A program made the position numbers and the translations under genes. DNA of 64,000 nucleotides from Vicugna vicugna. Its lineage: Eukaryota. Below are positions 11,401 to 24,740 of this stretch, piece after piece. The notes beneath the pieces were generated by a model that was not told where the DNA came from, did not search any database, and worked only from the letters and a program-made list of their open reading frames with translations. Position 1 is the stretch's first letter; each line of letters begins with the position of its first letter. The stretch covers positions 9,170,239-9,234,238 of the forward strand of contig MU058636.1 of NCBI GenBank assembly GCA_013265495.1. Direction: 5' to 3'.

Positions 11401-13339
11401 TTTGATGAACTAAAACAACGTAGAAGACAGTTTGGAAAAGGGAAAAATCAGTTAGATGCCCATTTGCATATGAGGTAACAAAGGTCAGATGACAACAGAA
11501 AAGTAGGACTACTGCTAGACCTTTTGGAGGTCAAGGCAGGCTGACGTTAGGAAGGGAAGCCTAGAGAAAGGCAAACGTCAAAGGTGATACCAAGTCAAGC
11601 TTCGGTGACGTGCTGAGTGATGCCACCGTAAGCCTGGGGGTTGAGTGAGTTAATAGGAATGACACTCACTGTTATTAACATCTCTTTTTCTTACCCCACC
11701 AGGCTCTCTTCTCAGTGATCAATCTTAGTGACCCCAGCAAGGGAAGGGGTGGAGCAGCATGGTGTATTAGGGCAGCAGAAATGCTGAAACTGACTGCAAC
11801 GTTGAGCGTTCCCTTAATAATGAGACTATATGGGGCAGAACAGCAGAGACCAGGGTCCCACTTGCCTTCACAGCCTTGGAGGGAGGGATGGAGGAATGCG
11901 TGATATTGAGTCAGCAGCCCACAGGGAGGGCTTCTGTGAGGGCTCAGGGCCCACCAGGAGCAGCCCGGCCCGATAGTCACATCCTGGGGACCAGTGCTCA
12001 ACAACAACGTGGAATTGCCAGAGGAGGGTCACAACTGTGACAAGCAGGAACATGGAATCTCACGTTTTAGCACCAGAGGCTCGGAATTCTTGAATAATCC
12101 TATGGAAGAAAGGGAGGTGATCCCCAATAATGGCTGAGGTGGTTTCCCAGCAGACAGACAAGTGGGGCTCAGAGCAAATTTAATCTGATTTAGAGCACTA
12201 AGTATGGTACGAGGTTGACACTCACTGAATATTTCATGCCCTCCCCCTCCATTCCTCAGCCTCCCCTGTCGGAGCCACGTGACCGGTTCTGGGTCACGGA
12301 CTGTGAATCGAAGTGACATGTGCGCTTCCGACCCCTCCCCTCCGAACACAGCAGCCTTTCAGGCTGCTTGTTCCAGATAGAGCTGTCACAAGAGCGTGAG
12401 GGGTCGCCTGGCCCAAAGCAAACGTCGCGGGAGTGAGAAACAAGCCTTCCGGTGTGAAGTCACTGAGACAACCTTACTGTTGCGCTTTTTACTTTTGCAC
12501 GAGTTTGCATCATCACTCTGACTAGTGCAGAAATAGATGTGACATGTCCCATATCTTAGTCAGTAAAATAAATACCTAGTAGCTGTAACCATGCCCCACT
12601 CAGGGCAGTGAATGAGCTGGTCTGCAGGAAGTTACAAAGTCAAACTATTAAAGGTGGGAAATGTTTATCTGAGTTTAAGAGACCTAGGAAATAAGGGATG
12701 GTACACATGGAAGATACTGAAATCATGGAAATGCTTCAGAGGAAGTAAGAGAAAGGATGGAAGGAAAGGAAGACGTTGACTCCCAAGATAAGTCCTGGCA
12801 TGGAAATCCCAGTCTGGGGAAAGAGCATGGAGGTGTGGGAGGCTTTTGTGCACTGATGTGGGTCCCTGAAAGGTCCTGTGCAGGACAGCCACCTGCCTGA
12901 GCCCCTCACGACAGGACCGTTGATGAGAAAGAAATGAACTTATTTTGTGTGGAGCCACTGAAATTTGTTTGTTACTGAGCCTCCCAGGGTAACTACTGCA
13001 TCTTTCTGTCCAGGGACTGAAAAGTGACACCAGGATGTGGACAGAATGAGTGTGAGGGATGGAGCAGGGATGCGGGGATAGCGAGGCGGAGGAACTGAGG
13101 GTGGGGGGTTGCATGGGGAGTGTGTGTGGAGCCTGAAAAGCAGTGTGAGGTGTGTGGGAAGTTGGTGTACACACACGTGTGCATGCTCTCACAGTCCTAG
13201 ACACAGTGGAAAACCAGAGTTTTCTAGAACCTAAAAGACTGGTATTAAAGGCAAAAAAAGCAAATAGAATGGCTCTGACTGCCTCTCCCACCCGCCTCCT
13301 CCCAGTAAAACTCAAGGATGGTTAAGAGCAAGATCTCTG

Positions 13340-13510
13340 GAGTTAGACCTGGTTTTAAATCCTAACCCAGCACTCACTAGCTGAAGGACTGTGGACAAGC
13401 TATTCAACCTCTCGACATCACTTCTCGACATCATCTGTGAAAAAGGACACTTCTTAGTATTTATAAGGGGCTGAGCACAGTGTAGCACGCAGCAGACAGT
13501 CAACCAATGG
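13340..13510 (+). mobile_element. MIR SINE fragment
   Basis: ggagttagacctggttttaaatcctaacccagcactcactagctg...acaagctattcaacctctc...catctgtgaaaa core. Confidence 0.6.
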
Positions 13511-13605
13511 AAACTTAAAAAAGTTCTAGCCCATTGCTCAGAATGGAGCCCCAAAGAAAACTGCACCGTGGCAACAAAATAAATACGTTCACTTTCTATG
13601 GCTTC

Positions 13606-13617
13606 TTTATTTTTAAT
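13606..13617 (-). terminator. STOML3 polyadenylation signals (ATTAAA then AATAAA on the - strand)
   Basis: + strand tttatt at 13606-13611 and tttaat at 13612-13617. Downstream on the - strand is the U/GU-rich gtatttattttgttg. About 840 nt after the stop. Confidence 0.65.
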
Positions 13618-14447
13618 AAGTTTTTTGTTGTTGATGATTTTGGGGGTTTGGAGGGGGGAGAATAGAATTTACAAACAATTCTTGATTACTTGTGGCTCTT
13701 GGGAGCCACAACAGAGTGAACACATGAGGTCCACAGGCGAAGGTTCCCCAGTGAGTTCAACCAATAAGACCTTCTACAAGCGTTCTCACTTGTGAGCAGA
13801 TAAACTGACTGGAGCTTGCAGCCTCGTTATGCCTTGTCTGCCCCCCTGACAAGGGTGCCTGGAGGCTGGGATGGGCCACCACTCCCAGGTAGAGAGGAGT
13901 GCAGTCGGCCTGGGGAGAGGGTGGTGGTGATAAGATTGCAGCTGGGAGCCTCAGTGCCTGTTTAGTCTTTACCATCAAAATCAATCATAATTTTAAGCAC
14001 TGTGGGGTTTTGCTCCAACTATTGTACATTTAACAAATAATTACTTTGGAATGATAAAGCAAATAGCCAGTCTGCATACAAGGCCCGGGTTACTTTGCAG
14101 ATTATCTGGAGTGCTTCTTAAACCCATCAAAAAGTAATTCTGAAATCTTAGTCACAGCCACCCAAAGATTTCCTCCCCCTACTGCAAGAAGGTTCCTGCT
14201 GTAAGTCAGGGACACCTACTCATTGACTAGAATAAGAAGAATGCAGTTTTTTTATGTTCTTAAAAATAAAAGTAGTACACAACGCTTTTTTTCCCCTTTT
14301 TCTTTTCCTAGAGAGTCTACAGCGTTTCCCTGCTAATGCTATTCCAGCTGTGGGGTTATACTCTGAGTAGTGTTGAAATTCTCGACACTTCTAACTACTG
14401 GGTTCTCCATAGGAACGTGTACGCAACGTGTATGCAGCGGGAGGACC

Positions 14448-14672
14448 TCAGGCTCTGTTAGGGACCTTCTTGTGGTTGTCATAGCTGATGCCACCAATGC
14501 CCTCGAGTATATTCATGGGCAGAGGGAACACAATGGTGGAGTTCTTCTCGGTGGCGACGGTGGTCAAGGTCTGCAGGTAACGCAGCTGGAGCGCTATGGG
14601 GGACTCGGCCAGCACCATGGAGGCTGACTTCAGAGATTTAGATGCATTCATTTCCCCTTCTGCTGCCAGGAC
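14448..14672 (-). CDS. STOML3: STOML3 exon 7 (VLAAEGEMNASKSLKSASMVLAESPIALQLRYLQTL...KVPNRA*)
   Basis: Acceptor cgttttag, 225 nt, stomatin C-terminal signature ALQLRYLQTL, TGA at 14450-14448. Confidence 0.96.
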   Translation of the reverse strand, partial: VLAAEGEMNASKSLKSASMVLAESPIALQLRYLQTLTTVATEKNSTIVFPLPMNILEGIGGISYDNHKKVPNRA

Positions 14673-15589
14673 CTAAAACGACAGAAATAAAAGCCTTCAG
14701 AAATAAAGTTTACAACTGTGACCTGCGCTTTCTTTTTCGGGATCTCTCCCGGTAACTCTCTCCCAGTCCCTGCTTGGCCACACGTGTTTCATCTCCTTAA
14801 TTCTTTGGCAAGGATGAGAGTTTCACATCCTAATGTGATTAGAGACATTGGAGGAGGCTGCAGGAAGCAGGGAGACAGCTTACAAACTGCGAGTCCCTAG
14901 GTGTCATTTTCAAACAAAATCAAAGCATCGCCTTTAACCCCAGCAGGTACGGGTCCATCCACACTAGCGATGCTCTTGAATCACCTGGAGCCTCGCCATT
15001 TGCTGCCTTCGTTTTTGGAAAAGTCTGAAATGCAAGGCCTCCAGCTGGTGATTTCCTGTCGTTTTTACTTATCATAGATATTTTAATTTTATTCTGTTAA
15101 CTTTGTCTCATTCTTAAGAATTGTTTCAGGTTCTCCCCACTCTTGATTACAAGCAGCAGCAAGGACCAGTCTGCAAACCCTCACTGGAAATCTCTTAAGT
15201 TCCTTGCTCTCTTGTGGTGCTCAGGGTGCCCGAGAATGACTTGGATCTCGGCTGTCCCGTCCGTGGGCACGCGCTGCCCGTGTGCAAAAGCACCTCCTCG
15301 GTCCACAACTCAGAAGCTGCTGGGGCTCAGCAAACAAACCAGAGGGATAAGCAGAAGAAAACCTTCCCCGACTCCCAAGGAAGATTCCAAAGGTGTGCAC
15401 CAAGGTTTCTAATCTTGGTTGGTTCGGGATACTTCAGGAAACCCTTCCACACAGACACGAAGGCTGTGGATCCAACAGAGTCAAGAACACTCGAGGCCAA
15501 GCTGTGCTCACATTTTGTAATTCCAACCTGGGTTGCAGCCATCCCCCCTTCTCCTTTAAATCCAGTTCACTTAACGCACTAGAAGGAGG

Positions 15590-15790
15590 ATGCTCAAAAG
15601 ACAGGCACCGAGTGCCTACACCAGAATCGCCAGCTTTATAGAAATGCAGGTTCCTGGGCCCACCGGGGACTCTGCTTCACTGAGTCAGGGGTGAGGCCTG
15701 GGAACTGGTGTCTGCTTTGCTCATTTCTCTCTAGAGGACTCTGCCGTGCGGCCGGAGGTGGGGACCCACCTTGCTAAGCCACTGGATGTG
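15590..15790. mobile_element. MER5A-like hAT DNA transposon remnant
   Basis: cagaatcgccagctttatagaaatgcaggttcctgggccccacc...actgagtcaggggtgaggcctgggaa. Confidence 0.5.
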
Positions 15791-16013
15791 TGGCCGAGCG
15801 CCCTTGGCCCGAGACCTATTGTCAAGATTCCTCGAGGTACAGTAAGCTCCCCAACACCTTTTAATTCAGGGGGAGATTCTCAGTAAAAACTGTGAAAAAG
15901 AACCCTCTTCTTATCCAAATAATTGAGAGAGCCTGAGTTTCCTCGCAAGCTCCACCCTTGTCTGCTCCAAGGCTGGGCGGCCCGCCCTCCAGTGCAGACG
16001 GACACGCCCTTAC

Positions 16014-16148
16014 CCTGGCCCTGGCTTCCCGGGTGGCCTCGGCCTCGGCCGCCATGGACCTCTGCAGCTGGATGGGGATCCTGACGTCTTTGATTTCCAC
16101 TCGGGCCACCCGGATCCCCCACAGCTCGGTGGCATCGTCCAGTAAGGT
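16014..16148 (-). CDS. STOML3: STOML3 exon 6 ([45 protein letters not shown])
   Basis: aaacag / gtaagg boundaries, 135 nt, SPFH/Band-7 signature. Confidence 0.96.
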
Positions 16149-17759
16149 CTGTTTCCAAATCAAAAGAAAGGACACTGATCAGACAACAGGTGCAGTGATC
16201 TAGGTTCCTAATACATTTTACATATGCAGGGAAATCCTCTTTTTTTTCTCCTTTTGTGTGGTCAGCATTTGGAGCGAGACGTGTGGGAAGGGACTAGGAC
16301 TCACTGCTCACTTCCTGGAACTGAAGTAAATCTCAGGAAGGATTCAGAAACAAAACTTGATAGGTCTTTTAATGGGTGGTCACTCAGCGGGTCCACCCCA
16401 AACTGTTCCTACTGAAGTGTCTGTCTAGCTTCGTGCAAATATGCGAAATTTTCTTGTCACTGTCATCAAGCAGACAGCAATGACTTTTGTCCATTTACTG
16501 CTGTGAATCACTGGGTCAGTTACTTCACCTTTCTGATTCTCAGGTTTCATATCTGTAAGAGGTTTTCCTTCAGGATTGTCATGAGGATTGGAGATAATAC
16601 ATGTAAGTTATCTATCAGTACCTAGCAATGACTCCGTACATATTAGCACTGGGTGCTTTTGAAGATATTATCTGTCTTGCTCTGTTTAACCTCTGCCCTG
16701 TGGCCAGTTTTAAACAGGGAGCAAGGCATATTTTTTAGAGCAGAAGAAGCCTAAAATCAAGATACCCTTATCCTTTTTGCAAGCTTAAGACCATTGAAGA
16801 TACCTTGCTGGTTATCCTGGAGCGGGAGGGATAAGAAAGGATGCCCTGAGAAACAGTGAGATCCGGTGGGTAGTTCCCTCAAAGGGGATAGAGCAGAGAT
16901 CTCTGTGATGCCATATAGCAAGAGGGCCCTGGCCTTTCCATGATCCCTGCAGAGCCCCAGGAGACGGGGGGACACCACAAGAAATCAGTGACCTGACTGC
17001 GATGGGGAAACACCTGAGTCGTCAAACTTGTGGGGTTCTTAAAATGACATGGAGAGTTACCATGCAGAACTGATATTATCGTGTAAAACCTGGGGACTTG
17101 GCACTACCGTAGGGACTGGGGGAGATGCCAAGAAGAACCAAAGTTGAATTTCCCTTGTAACTTACCGAGGGCAGGCTCAGAATGAAAATGTAATTGATTT
17201 AGGAAAATGCAGAAATGTGATTGTCTGTAATCCAGGGTCTACAGGAAGTGAGATGGCCCTGCTACATCCTCATCAGCATTATAATTATGATTACTATTAA
17301 TATCATTATTGATATTAGTTGCAAGAAGTCAGATTTCCCAGGGATGACAGTCCCGTGCTGTCTCAATCAAATCCTCTTCTAACTTTCACAGTCCACTGAA
17401 ACGCAGGAATACACGGGCTGCCTGAGAAACGGCAACCCTTCCTCTAGAGTGATCTAAACTAAAAAGAAATCTGGTCTCTAACCTTTTTGGAAAAGGCTAA
17501 GGTGTATGCTAATTCATAACTTTGAATTCCAAAGAAAATGGATACGGAGCGCAATTCCAACAGCTCCCGCCATCCACGCAGATATTTAAATCTGGACCTC
17601 ATGATTATAAAGAAGTGAAAACCCAATCGGAGACCCATCTGTTTAGGGCAGTCGTGTATGTGTGTGCGCCCATGAGGGGGTGCCTTGAACTGCCAATATT
17701 TGATTATCACTGATAATCAAAATGAGCAGATTGAAGATGAAGGTTCTTGGTGTCTTTAC

Positions 17760-17963
17760 CTGGATGCTATGGGCGATCTCTTCTCGGCCAGCTAAGATTT
17801 GGGACAAAGTCTGTGTCCCTAAGACATTTCTCAGAGTGGTCTGAGCCAGCAGAAATGTGGCTTGGTGGACATCGTTGACATTTGCCACTGCCGAAACAGC
17901 GCTGTAGATTCTGTAATAGACCACGCCATCCACTTGAGTGGTCACAGAGTCTCTGGTGAGGAT
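17760..17963 (-). CDS. STOML3: STOML3 exon 5 (ILTRDSVTTQVDGVVYYRI...REEIAHSIQ)
   Basis: ctccag / gtaaag boundaries, 204 nt, SPFH domain core. Confidence 0.96.
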
Positions 17964-19419
17964 CTGGAGAGCAAGAACGTGGACAATCACATGCTTATGA
18001 CTTTCACGATACTCAACAAAGGGTTAGCCAGCCCCAGAGCCCTGTCCACCAGAGGAGAGCATTAATGGCAACTTATGCCAGCATCACCCCAAATCTGTCC
18101 TGGCTTCAATATACTGTCATCCTAGTTGATAACAAAATTCCTACACAGGTATGCTCTGTACCTACCTCTGTAACTTCATCTCTGGGAAGTCTTACTTCCC
18201 ATAGTCAGAGGCGAGAATGGTTATTTCCATTTTTAAAATGCAATAGTAGAGTTCGTGCCAGAATTCTACCTTCTAAATAGAGGAAGAACCACCTGTTTCC
18301 CTGATACCTGAAAACTTTTTGGTTCTGTTTCATCAAGCTTGATGAATAGCAGTGCTTCTTAAAAAACATAGATGGCACCAGAGACCATGTTCTATGTTCC
18401 AATAAAGAAAAATCAGTTTAGCTTTATAGAGGCTTTTCATTAACATGAGGACGTACTTTGGAGCAAATGAGATTTCTGGCGGTACCACGGAAGGAGAACC
18501 TAGAACCGCCTTCTCCCACCTGGAACTGTTTACCGTGGAGCAATAGTAAACATGATAGTCCCTAAGCATCCCATGTTTTCTTAGGATTAGGGCTGAATTC
18601 TAAAGTTGGACTCTGCCATTCCCACGAGAAGAAAACATCATTGTGGGGTATTGACTGAGTTTTTTGGACCCGAGAGAAAAAATTAACATTTACTCGTAAA
18701 TGTTGATTTTCCCACTTCTCATCCTCTTTGCCCTCCCACACATTTTCTTTCCTCTTCCTGGATCATTTTGTTTATCAGAAAGTGGCATGATTATTAGTAA
18801 GTCTGTTTCTCTTTCCTATTACCCAGTTACTGGTTTGCATCATTCAGTTGAAATACTTTAGGAATTGAAAATAATTACTTGAAATCCAATTGCAGGTGGG
18901 CTCTGTGCAACGTCTGCTCTTTCCCCACACCAGCCCCAACTTAGTTGCATCCAAACACACAAAAGATTGTAAAGCAGAGAGGCAAGGGATACTGATATTA
19001 CTAAGAAATTTTCTGAGAAGGTGATGGAGTAGATAATAACATCACCAGCCACTGACAAACACCAAATTAATTTCAGCCCCTTCGTACAGTGATTTATCAG
19101 ACTTCCAAGCATCTGCTCTGTCATTCTGCGTCCCAGCTTCTCTGCCATCTGTATCCCTTCTCTCTCTTCTCTCAGACTTTCTCCCACCCAGATACTCCAA
19201 ATCTTCCAGCAATTCAGCCCTTGCCCTTGGCTTCATTCCCATTTGGTGAAACCAAAGCCCAGCAATTTCAGGAGCCACCTAGGATCCCTTAAGCGGATCT
19301 TTAAGAATTCAGTTCCTCCTTCCCTTTATGGTTTAAAAACCTACTATAAAATCTCAATTGTCCATATAATAGGGAAGATGTTGGTTTACTTCCAGAAACA
19401 CATCTTTGATCAGCGTTAC

Positions 19420-19502
19420 CTCCTGTGGAGGGATGTTGCAAGTAACAGTCCGGAGATCAACCTTGACAAACACGTCTATGCAGGGCAGGATCAGAATCAA
19501 AC
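19420..19502 (-). CDS. STOML3: STOML3 exon 4 ((G)LILILPCIDVFVKVDLRTVTCNIPPQE)
   Basis: ttcgtag / gtaacg boundaries, 83 nt, phase 1 to 0. Translated by hand; not in the ORF track. Confidence 0.95.
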
Positions 19503-21415
19503 CTACGAAAAAGAAAATATGGTTTAAAATTTCACCCTATTGAAAGTGACTTCAACACATTGTCTCCTGGCTGTACAATACATTATTTTCATGGGACTAT
19601 AAATACTTTTCAGATGGCCTTCAGTATGTACACTTTGGGGAAATTATTTCCTCCCACCAGTCAATGACTTAAAAAAAAAGTGGTTCCCTAGGAATTAAAA
19701 TCTTTTGAAAAGAAGCTAAAGATTCTTGACATTTAATTTTTAGATTTTCTTCTGTAAAACATTCAACCTACTTATATCCAGGTGTTGACTTTGACATTTA
19801 TTTAAAGGATATTTTGGAAATTGGCTTCCCATGTTAAATGTATGTGTATAAAAGATTCAAGCAATAGACTTTTGACCTTCAGTATCAGTGACTGTCAACA
19901 TTCTCATTGATCTGCATTAGTACTGAAGGAATGTTAGAATTAAAATCTTCCCAGGATTTTAGTGTCCTTAAAATCAATGTATTACAAAATTTGTCATCTC
20001 TCTGTGGCTGTTTTCTGGTTTGTATACAATGGCATTCCTCAATCATAAACATTTTACTTCTCTCCAAGTTGTGAAATATTGGCCTGGGTGAAGGAAGGGC
20101 TAAGGAAACTCACTGAGGATCCTATGACTCCTTAACTTACCCTGGTGAGTGTTCTCTACAGCAAGAGTTACAAAGATGAGAACCACAAGGCATGCCAGAA
20201 AGATGGGGGCACTAATCCATTTCCATTTACCAGAAAGGTTGTATGCTCTTTGGTTTTATTTTCAAAGAAGAAACAGCTTTTTAGGTTGAGTACCATGCCA
20301 AGGGCTGGTACCATCAACAAAACAGGCTGCTAAGGTGCTTTCTCTCTGTTGGTCTCTAAACCTTTCTGAGACTTGTAGTGAGTATGACTTCATGTTGTTG
20401 GTCCTAAGTCACTGGCTAAGATCATGTCCCTGAGAGCTAGAGAGAATTAACACCCAGCCCTACCAGTTACTATCGTGTGACTGGGGAACATTCATCCAAT
20501 TTTTCTGAGCATCAGTTACCTAATATCCATAAGACAGTAGTGCAGATTAAGCATGAGTCAACAAGACAATGAAATAAAACACTAAAACACAGTGCCAGGC
20601 ATGTTTTAAGTGTTCAAGAAGGAGCAGTTCTTATTACGAATAGTTTTATCATTAGAGAATAATTTCTACTTACAGAAGTGGAGAGGTTTTCCCTTAGTCA
20701 CTTGGCCTGTTTCCTTCTGGCGCTCATGACATTCTGAGGTGACTCATCAGCCCCAGAGACACATATGACGAGAGTAGCTATCCTGGGACATTTAGTGGTG
20801 AAACCTTCTGGGGAAATGCATTTAAAAGAGACTTTTCTCTAGAGTCCTTCAAGTTGTGGCTTTTGTGTCTAGCTCAAATCCAGTTTTATGCTAACTTATA
20901 ATCTTGGCCCCACCAAATGAAACATGATGAGGAAGGGGTTAACTTTGTTTTGTTATTCCTCGGATGGAGAATTCTAACGCTTGTACTTTGACAAACTCAT
21001 AAAAATATCCAGAGTAAGCAATGCTTGCTCTTTCTCTTCGGTTCCTTATTAGACAGTAGGATTATACTACTTGAAATGGCTAAGTCTCTGTAATAGGCTT
21101 CTCCTTTTGCAGTTTCTCATATATTTTTTTATGTAACAGATACCTGAGTGCCTGCATGCCGCATGGCCAAACGCAGAGCACACGGAGGGAATACGGAAGT
21201 TCCTGTCCCCAGAGATCCTACAGTCCAGAAGAATGATTTTACTTAAATATATCATATTAGGAGACAGAAAGCAAATGTTATCAGAGAAGTATAGGAATTA
21301 ACTATTCATTTCCATGTTCCTTCCAAGATGTTATTTTGATAACCTCTCCTTTCAAGAATCTTAGAATCTATCATATGAAATTCCCATTTTGGTGAGTCGA
21401 AAACAGACATTAGCA

Positions 21416-21590
21416 GGGGGAGGTAGAGCTCAGTGGTAGAGCGTGTGCTTAGCATGCACAAGGTCCTAGGTTCAATCCCCAGTACCTCCTTAAATAAGTA
21501 AACAAACAAACAAACAAACAAATCTAATTACCTCCCTGCAAAATAAAAAAAATTTTACTTAAAAAAAGAAATCATTCTTTAAAAAAAACA
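21416..21590 (+). mobile_element. Ala-tRNA-derived SINE (camelid vic-1 type) in STOML3 intron 3
   Basis: GGGGGAGGTAGAGCTCAGTGGTAGAGCGTGTGCTTAGCATGCACAAGGTCCTAGGTTCAATCCCCAGTACCTCC (A and B boxes), then (AAAC)n, ctaattacctccc and an A-rich tail. Confidence 0.88.
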
Positions 21591-22300
21591 ACCAGACACT
21601 AACTATTTCTTAAGGTTCAACTAAATACATATCAAGAGAAATTATCAGTATTAAATCAATATCTTACTTCTGGGGAGTTTTAGTACGAATACCTCTCCCC
21701 CCTCAACACCCCACAAAAGAAAATCTCATCCTTTTTTAACATGAAGAGTTTGGGACTTTTTTTTTATTCTAAGGTTGTAGAGAAAGGATGGACATAAAGA
21801 CCACATGTGACAAAAGGCTTGTACAGTGCCTTCCAGTTCTGTTTCTATTCATCTACTTGCCAAGAGAGGGAATTGTCTTTCACTTCACTGTTAGTTCTTT
21901 CGGAGAGTGAGAATGAAAAACCAGCTCCAGGAATACCCTCCCTGAGTAACGTAACTGTCCCTCGGCCACTTGTCCCCTCCTCCCCACCTTCCTTCATTCT
22001 CCCTGTGGCCCTGGAAATACGTGACGTCCAGTCGTCATAACCAGAGCTGCTCTCTGCTCATGTTTACAGAAGCTCTCAGGAGTGTTAGAAAACAGGTCCA
22101 GATTTCCAGACTCCCAAGCTAGTGGTCTAGTGGTCACTCCCGTTAACTTGCACAGGAGGACGACATCCTTCAATTGTGCAGAAAGGCAAGGGCCCAGCTT
22201 CCTGTGATTTTATTTCTGCTCATTAGACACATCCAGGGAAATTTTTGGTAGCAGTGATAGGTGCCCACGACCCTCGTCAGAAGCAGCTGCAGCGGCATAC

Positions 22301-22373
22301 CTGGCCCCTTGGCTTTGTCAGCTTGGATGCGTCCCAGTCGGAATACGACAGCCCGTTCGTACTCCTTAATGAC
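22301..22373 (-). CDS. STOML3: STOML3 exon 3 (VIKEYERAVVFRLGRIQADKAKGP(G))
   Basis: ctcttag / gtatgc boundaries, 73 nt, stomatin EYERAVVFRLGR motif. Confidence 0.95.
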
Positions 22374-22454
22374 CTAAGAGATTAAGGGAGAGCATTTAGT
22401 CTTAATGGTCCATCAGCTCAGGTAACGAGCCCAATCTGTCTCCCGGGGTGTTAC

Positions 22455-22558
22455 CTTCAAGCATATCCATATGGAGACAGGGAAGGTAATGATCAGCAGC
22501 AGCAAAGAAAGGGAAAACAGGACCCAGCCACACACCCCGAGCCGTTTACTCTTGATGC
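22455..22558 (-). CDS. STOML3: STOML3 exon 2 ((G)IKSKRLGVCGWVLFSLSLLLLIITFPVSIWICLK), intramembrane hairpin
   Basis: tttctag / gtaaca boundaries, 104 nt. Hydrophobic segment with the conserved Cys and TFP proline. Intron 2 is only 81 nt. Confidence 0.95.
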
Positions 22559-24599
22559 CTAGAAAATAGAAGGGAGGCGAGCCTGTAACCGACGTGGTTC
22601 TTAGAAAAGCCACGCGGCTGCGTGGACGGTGACACCGCCCAGGGGGCTGGCCACACCTGGACCGGGCTGGGGAAGCCACCTGCATCCACACACACACGGA
22701 CAACATGCACTCAGGTTTTTAGATGAAAACTGACCTGTCCCTGCCAAGAAAAGCCTCATAGCCGTCAGTAACAATTACCGTCACATTTACGCAGGGTTGC
22801 CACGGCTTACGATTCTCAAAACACATAAAACTACCCACGTCAGAATCATCAAGGAGCCACTTTAAAAGACAGATTCCTGGACCGCCAGAATTCTCCAGGT
22901 GCAGTCCAGGCAACCTCTGGGGCAGATGGGTAGGTCCTATTATCCCCAAAGGAGAGCATGTGGCAAAAGTAAACAACATTTTGAAGGGCCCTCCGAACGA
23001 GTTTCTATGAGCTCTCTCTAACCAATGCTGTGGCCTCAGGGAAGACACTCAATCTTTCTGAGCGTCCGTTTCTTCATCTGTAGGATGGGGATAGAAATTA
23101 CCTACCTTGAAGGATCTGATGAAGAGTAAACGAGATGATTTACACGTGGTACCCGACCCACACATTACTATCCACCTTAGTAAGTGTGTATTACTACACC
23201 TATCCCATGTTACAGATTGATGGCTATTACAGGGACTTGTCAGACACTGATATTTGACATTTCTGACTTCTCATGGAATTTTGTCACATCAGCTCACTAC
23301 ATTAGCTGTCTTTTTGCTAATCACATATTACCATAACAGGGTGTTTGGGCTTCACAAATATTGCCTGGAAAAAGGTGAGACTAAGTTCAAATCACACTTC
23401 AACCATCCCAATCTTTGCAGCTTGAATCATATCCATTACATAGCTTCTCAAGTCTTAGAATTCTTGTTTGTAAAGCATCCTGGTCTAGCTGATCCTTGCA
23501 CCTTAGAATTCTTTACATTTACTGTTTCACCTTCTTTTTCATCCTTGCTCCTTCTTGTTCTCCTCTTCTTGGTAACCAGTCCCATCCTCACCCCTTGACT
23601 TCCTCCAGTCGATTCCACGTTCTCTACACAAGCACGGGAACTAATCACATTGGCTGGGTGACTCCGCCCAGGTAATGCCACAAACACCCCACGCCATCTC
23701 TGTCTCAGCTAACGCCTTAGCCAGGCACACTGTGGTCCAGCCTGGAGGTGCAGGGTCACCATTGCCTCTTCCCACTCCAACTACAGAAGTCACTGAGCCT
23801 CGCTGATACCACCTCGGATTCATCCTCATCTATTCATTTTACTGCTGCTGGCTTGTTGGCAAACACCAACTTAGGAATATTTGCAAAGGTTCTAAGGTTT
23901 TGCTCTTACAGGTAATGCTGTGATGAGTCCTTTTTAATGAGTGTTTTTGTGCCCTTGCGTAGGACGAATTCCTGGCAGTGGAAGTGTTAGGTCTAAGGGA
24001 TTAATATTTACAATTTTGGTTGATGGTAAGTGCCCCTCAAAGAGTTTGAACCAACGTTTACTCTCGTCAACAGTGCACCGTGATGCTCTGCCTGTTCCCA
24101 CGTGCCCTGTCCTCACCGGATCTTTTCAGTCTTCACAATTGGGACATTCTCGCAGGCGAAAGGCATCTAAGTTTTAGAGACATGTTTCATATTAAAAACT
24201 TTTGAGTGCAAATATCCTTTTATAGGCTTTAAATACACACGAAGATACTCAATAACAGTAATGCATGTGCCAAAGTTTCAATTTCCAAAATATCACTTTG
24301 CAAAACCTTGGACCACATTGTGGTGGATCAGACTATCTCTAGGCAGGGTAAAAAGACATTTTGTGTCTTCTCATCGAAGCTTTGTTGTATTTTATTTATT
24401 AGCTCTTTTAAAAATTATTAATGATGACACAGCTCATTGTTTAAAAAGCTCCAAGCAATACAGACAAAACTAAAAGCCCCCTGACCATCCTCTTTTCAGT
24501 CCACTTTTATCTAGAAAGTTTCCATAGTTATCCATTTGGTATATGTCCTTATAGACCCGTTCCTATATATTTACATACATGCATCTGCAGTTAAATAAC

Positions 24600-24740
24600 T
24601 TAAATGGAATAACCTTTAACGGAAAAAATATGAAAATGAACATATGCATGTATATGCATGACTGGGACATTGTGCTGCACACCAGAGATTGACACGTTGT
24701 AAATGACTGTACTTCAATTTTAAAAAAAAAGAACAAGAAA
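24600..24740 (+). mobile_element. Young L1 3' tail
   Basis: atgcatgactgggacattgtgctgcacaccagagattgacacgttgtaaatgactgtacttcaattt followed by poly(A). Confidence 0.75.

Noticed and set aside
12665..13315. 216-aa - strand ORF downstream of STOML3
   Set aside because: Non-ATG start, runs through low-complexity GT/GA-rich and old repeat-like sequence, and has no splice or homology support.
21416..21490. Apparent tRNA-Ala gene
   Set aside because: The acceptor and T stems are disrupted, it continues into a SINE body and A-rich tail, and a sibling copy at 32058 has a TSD. It is a SINE, not a tRNA.
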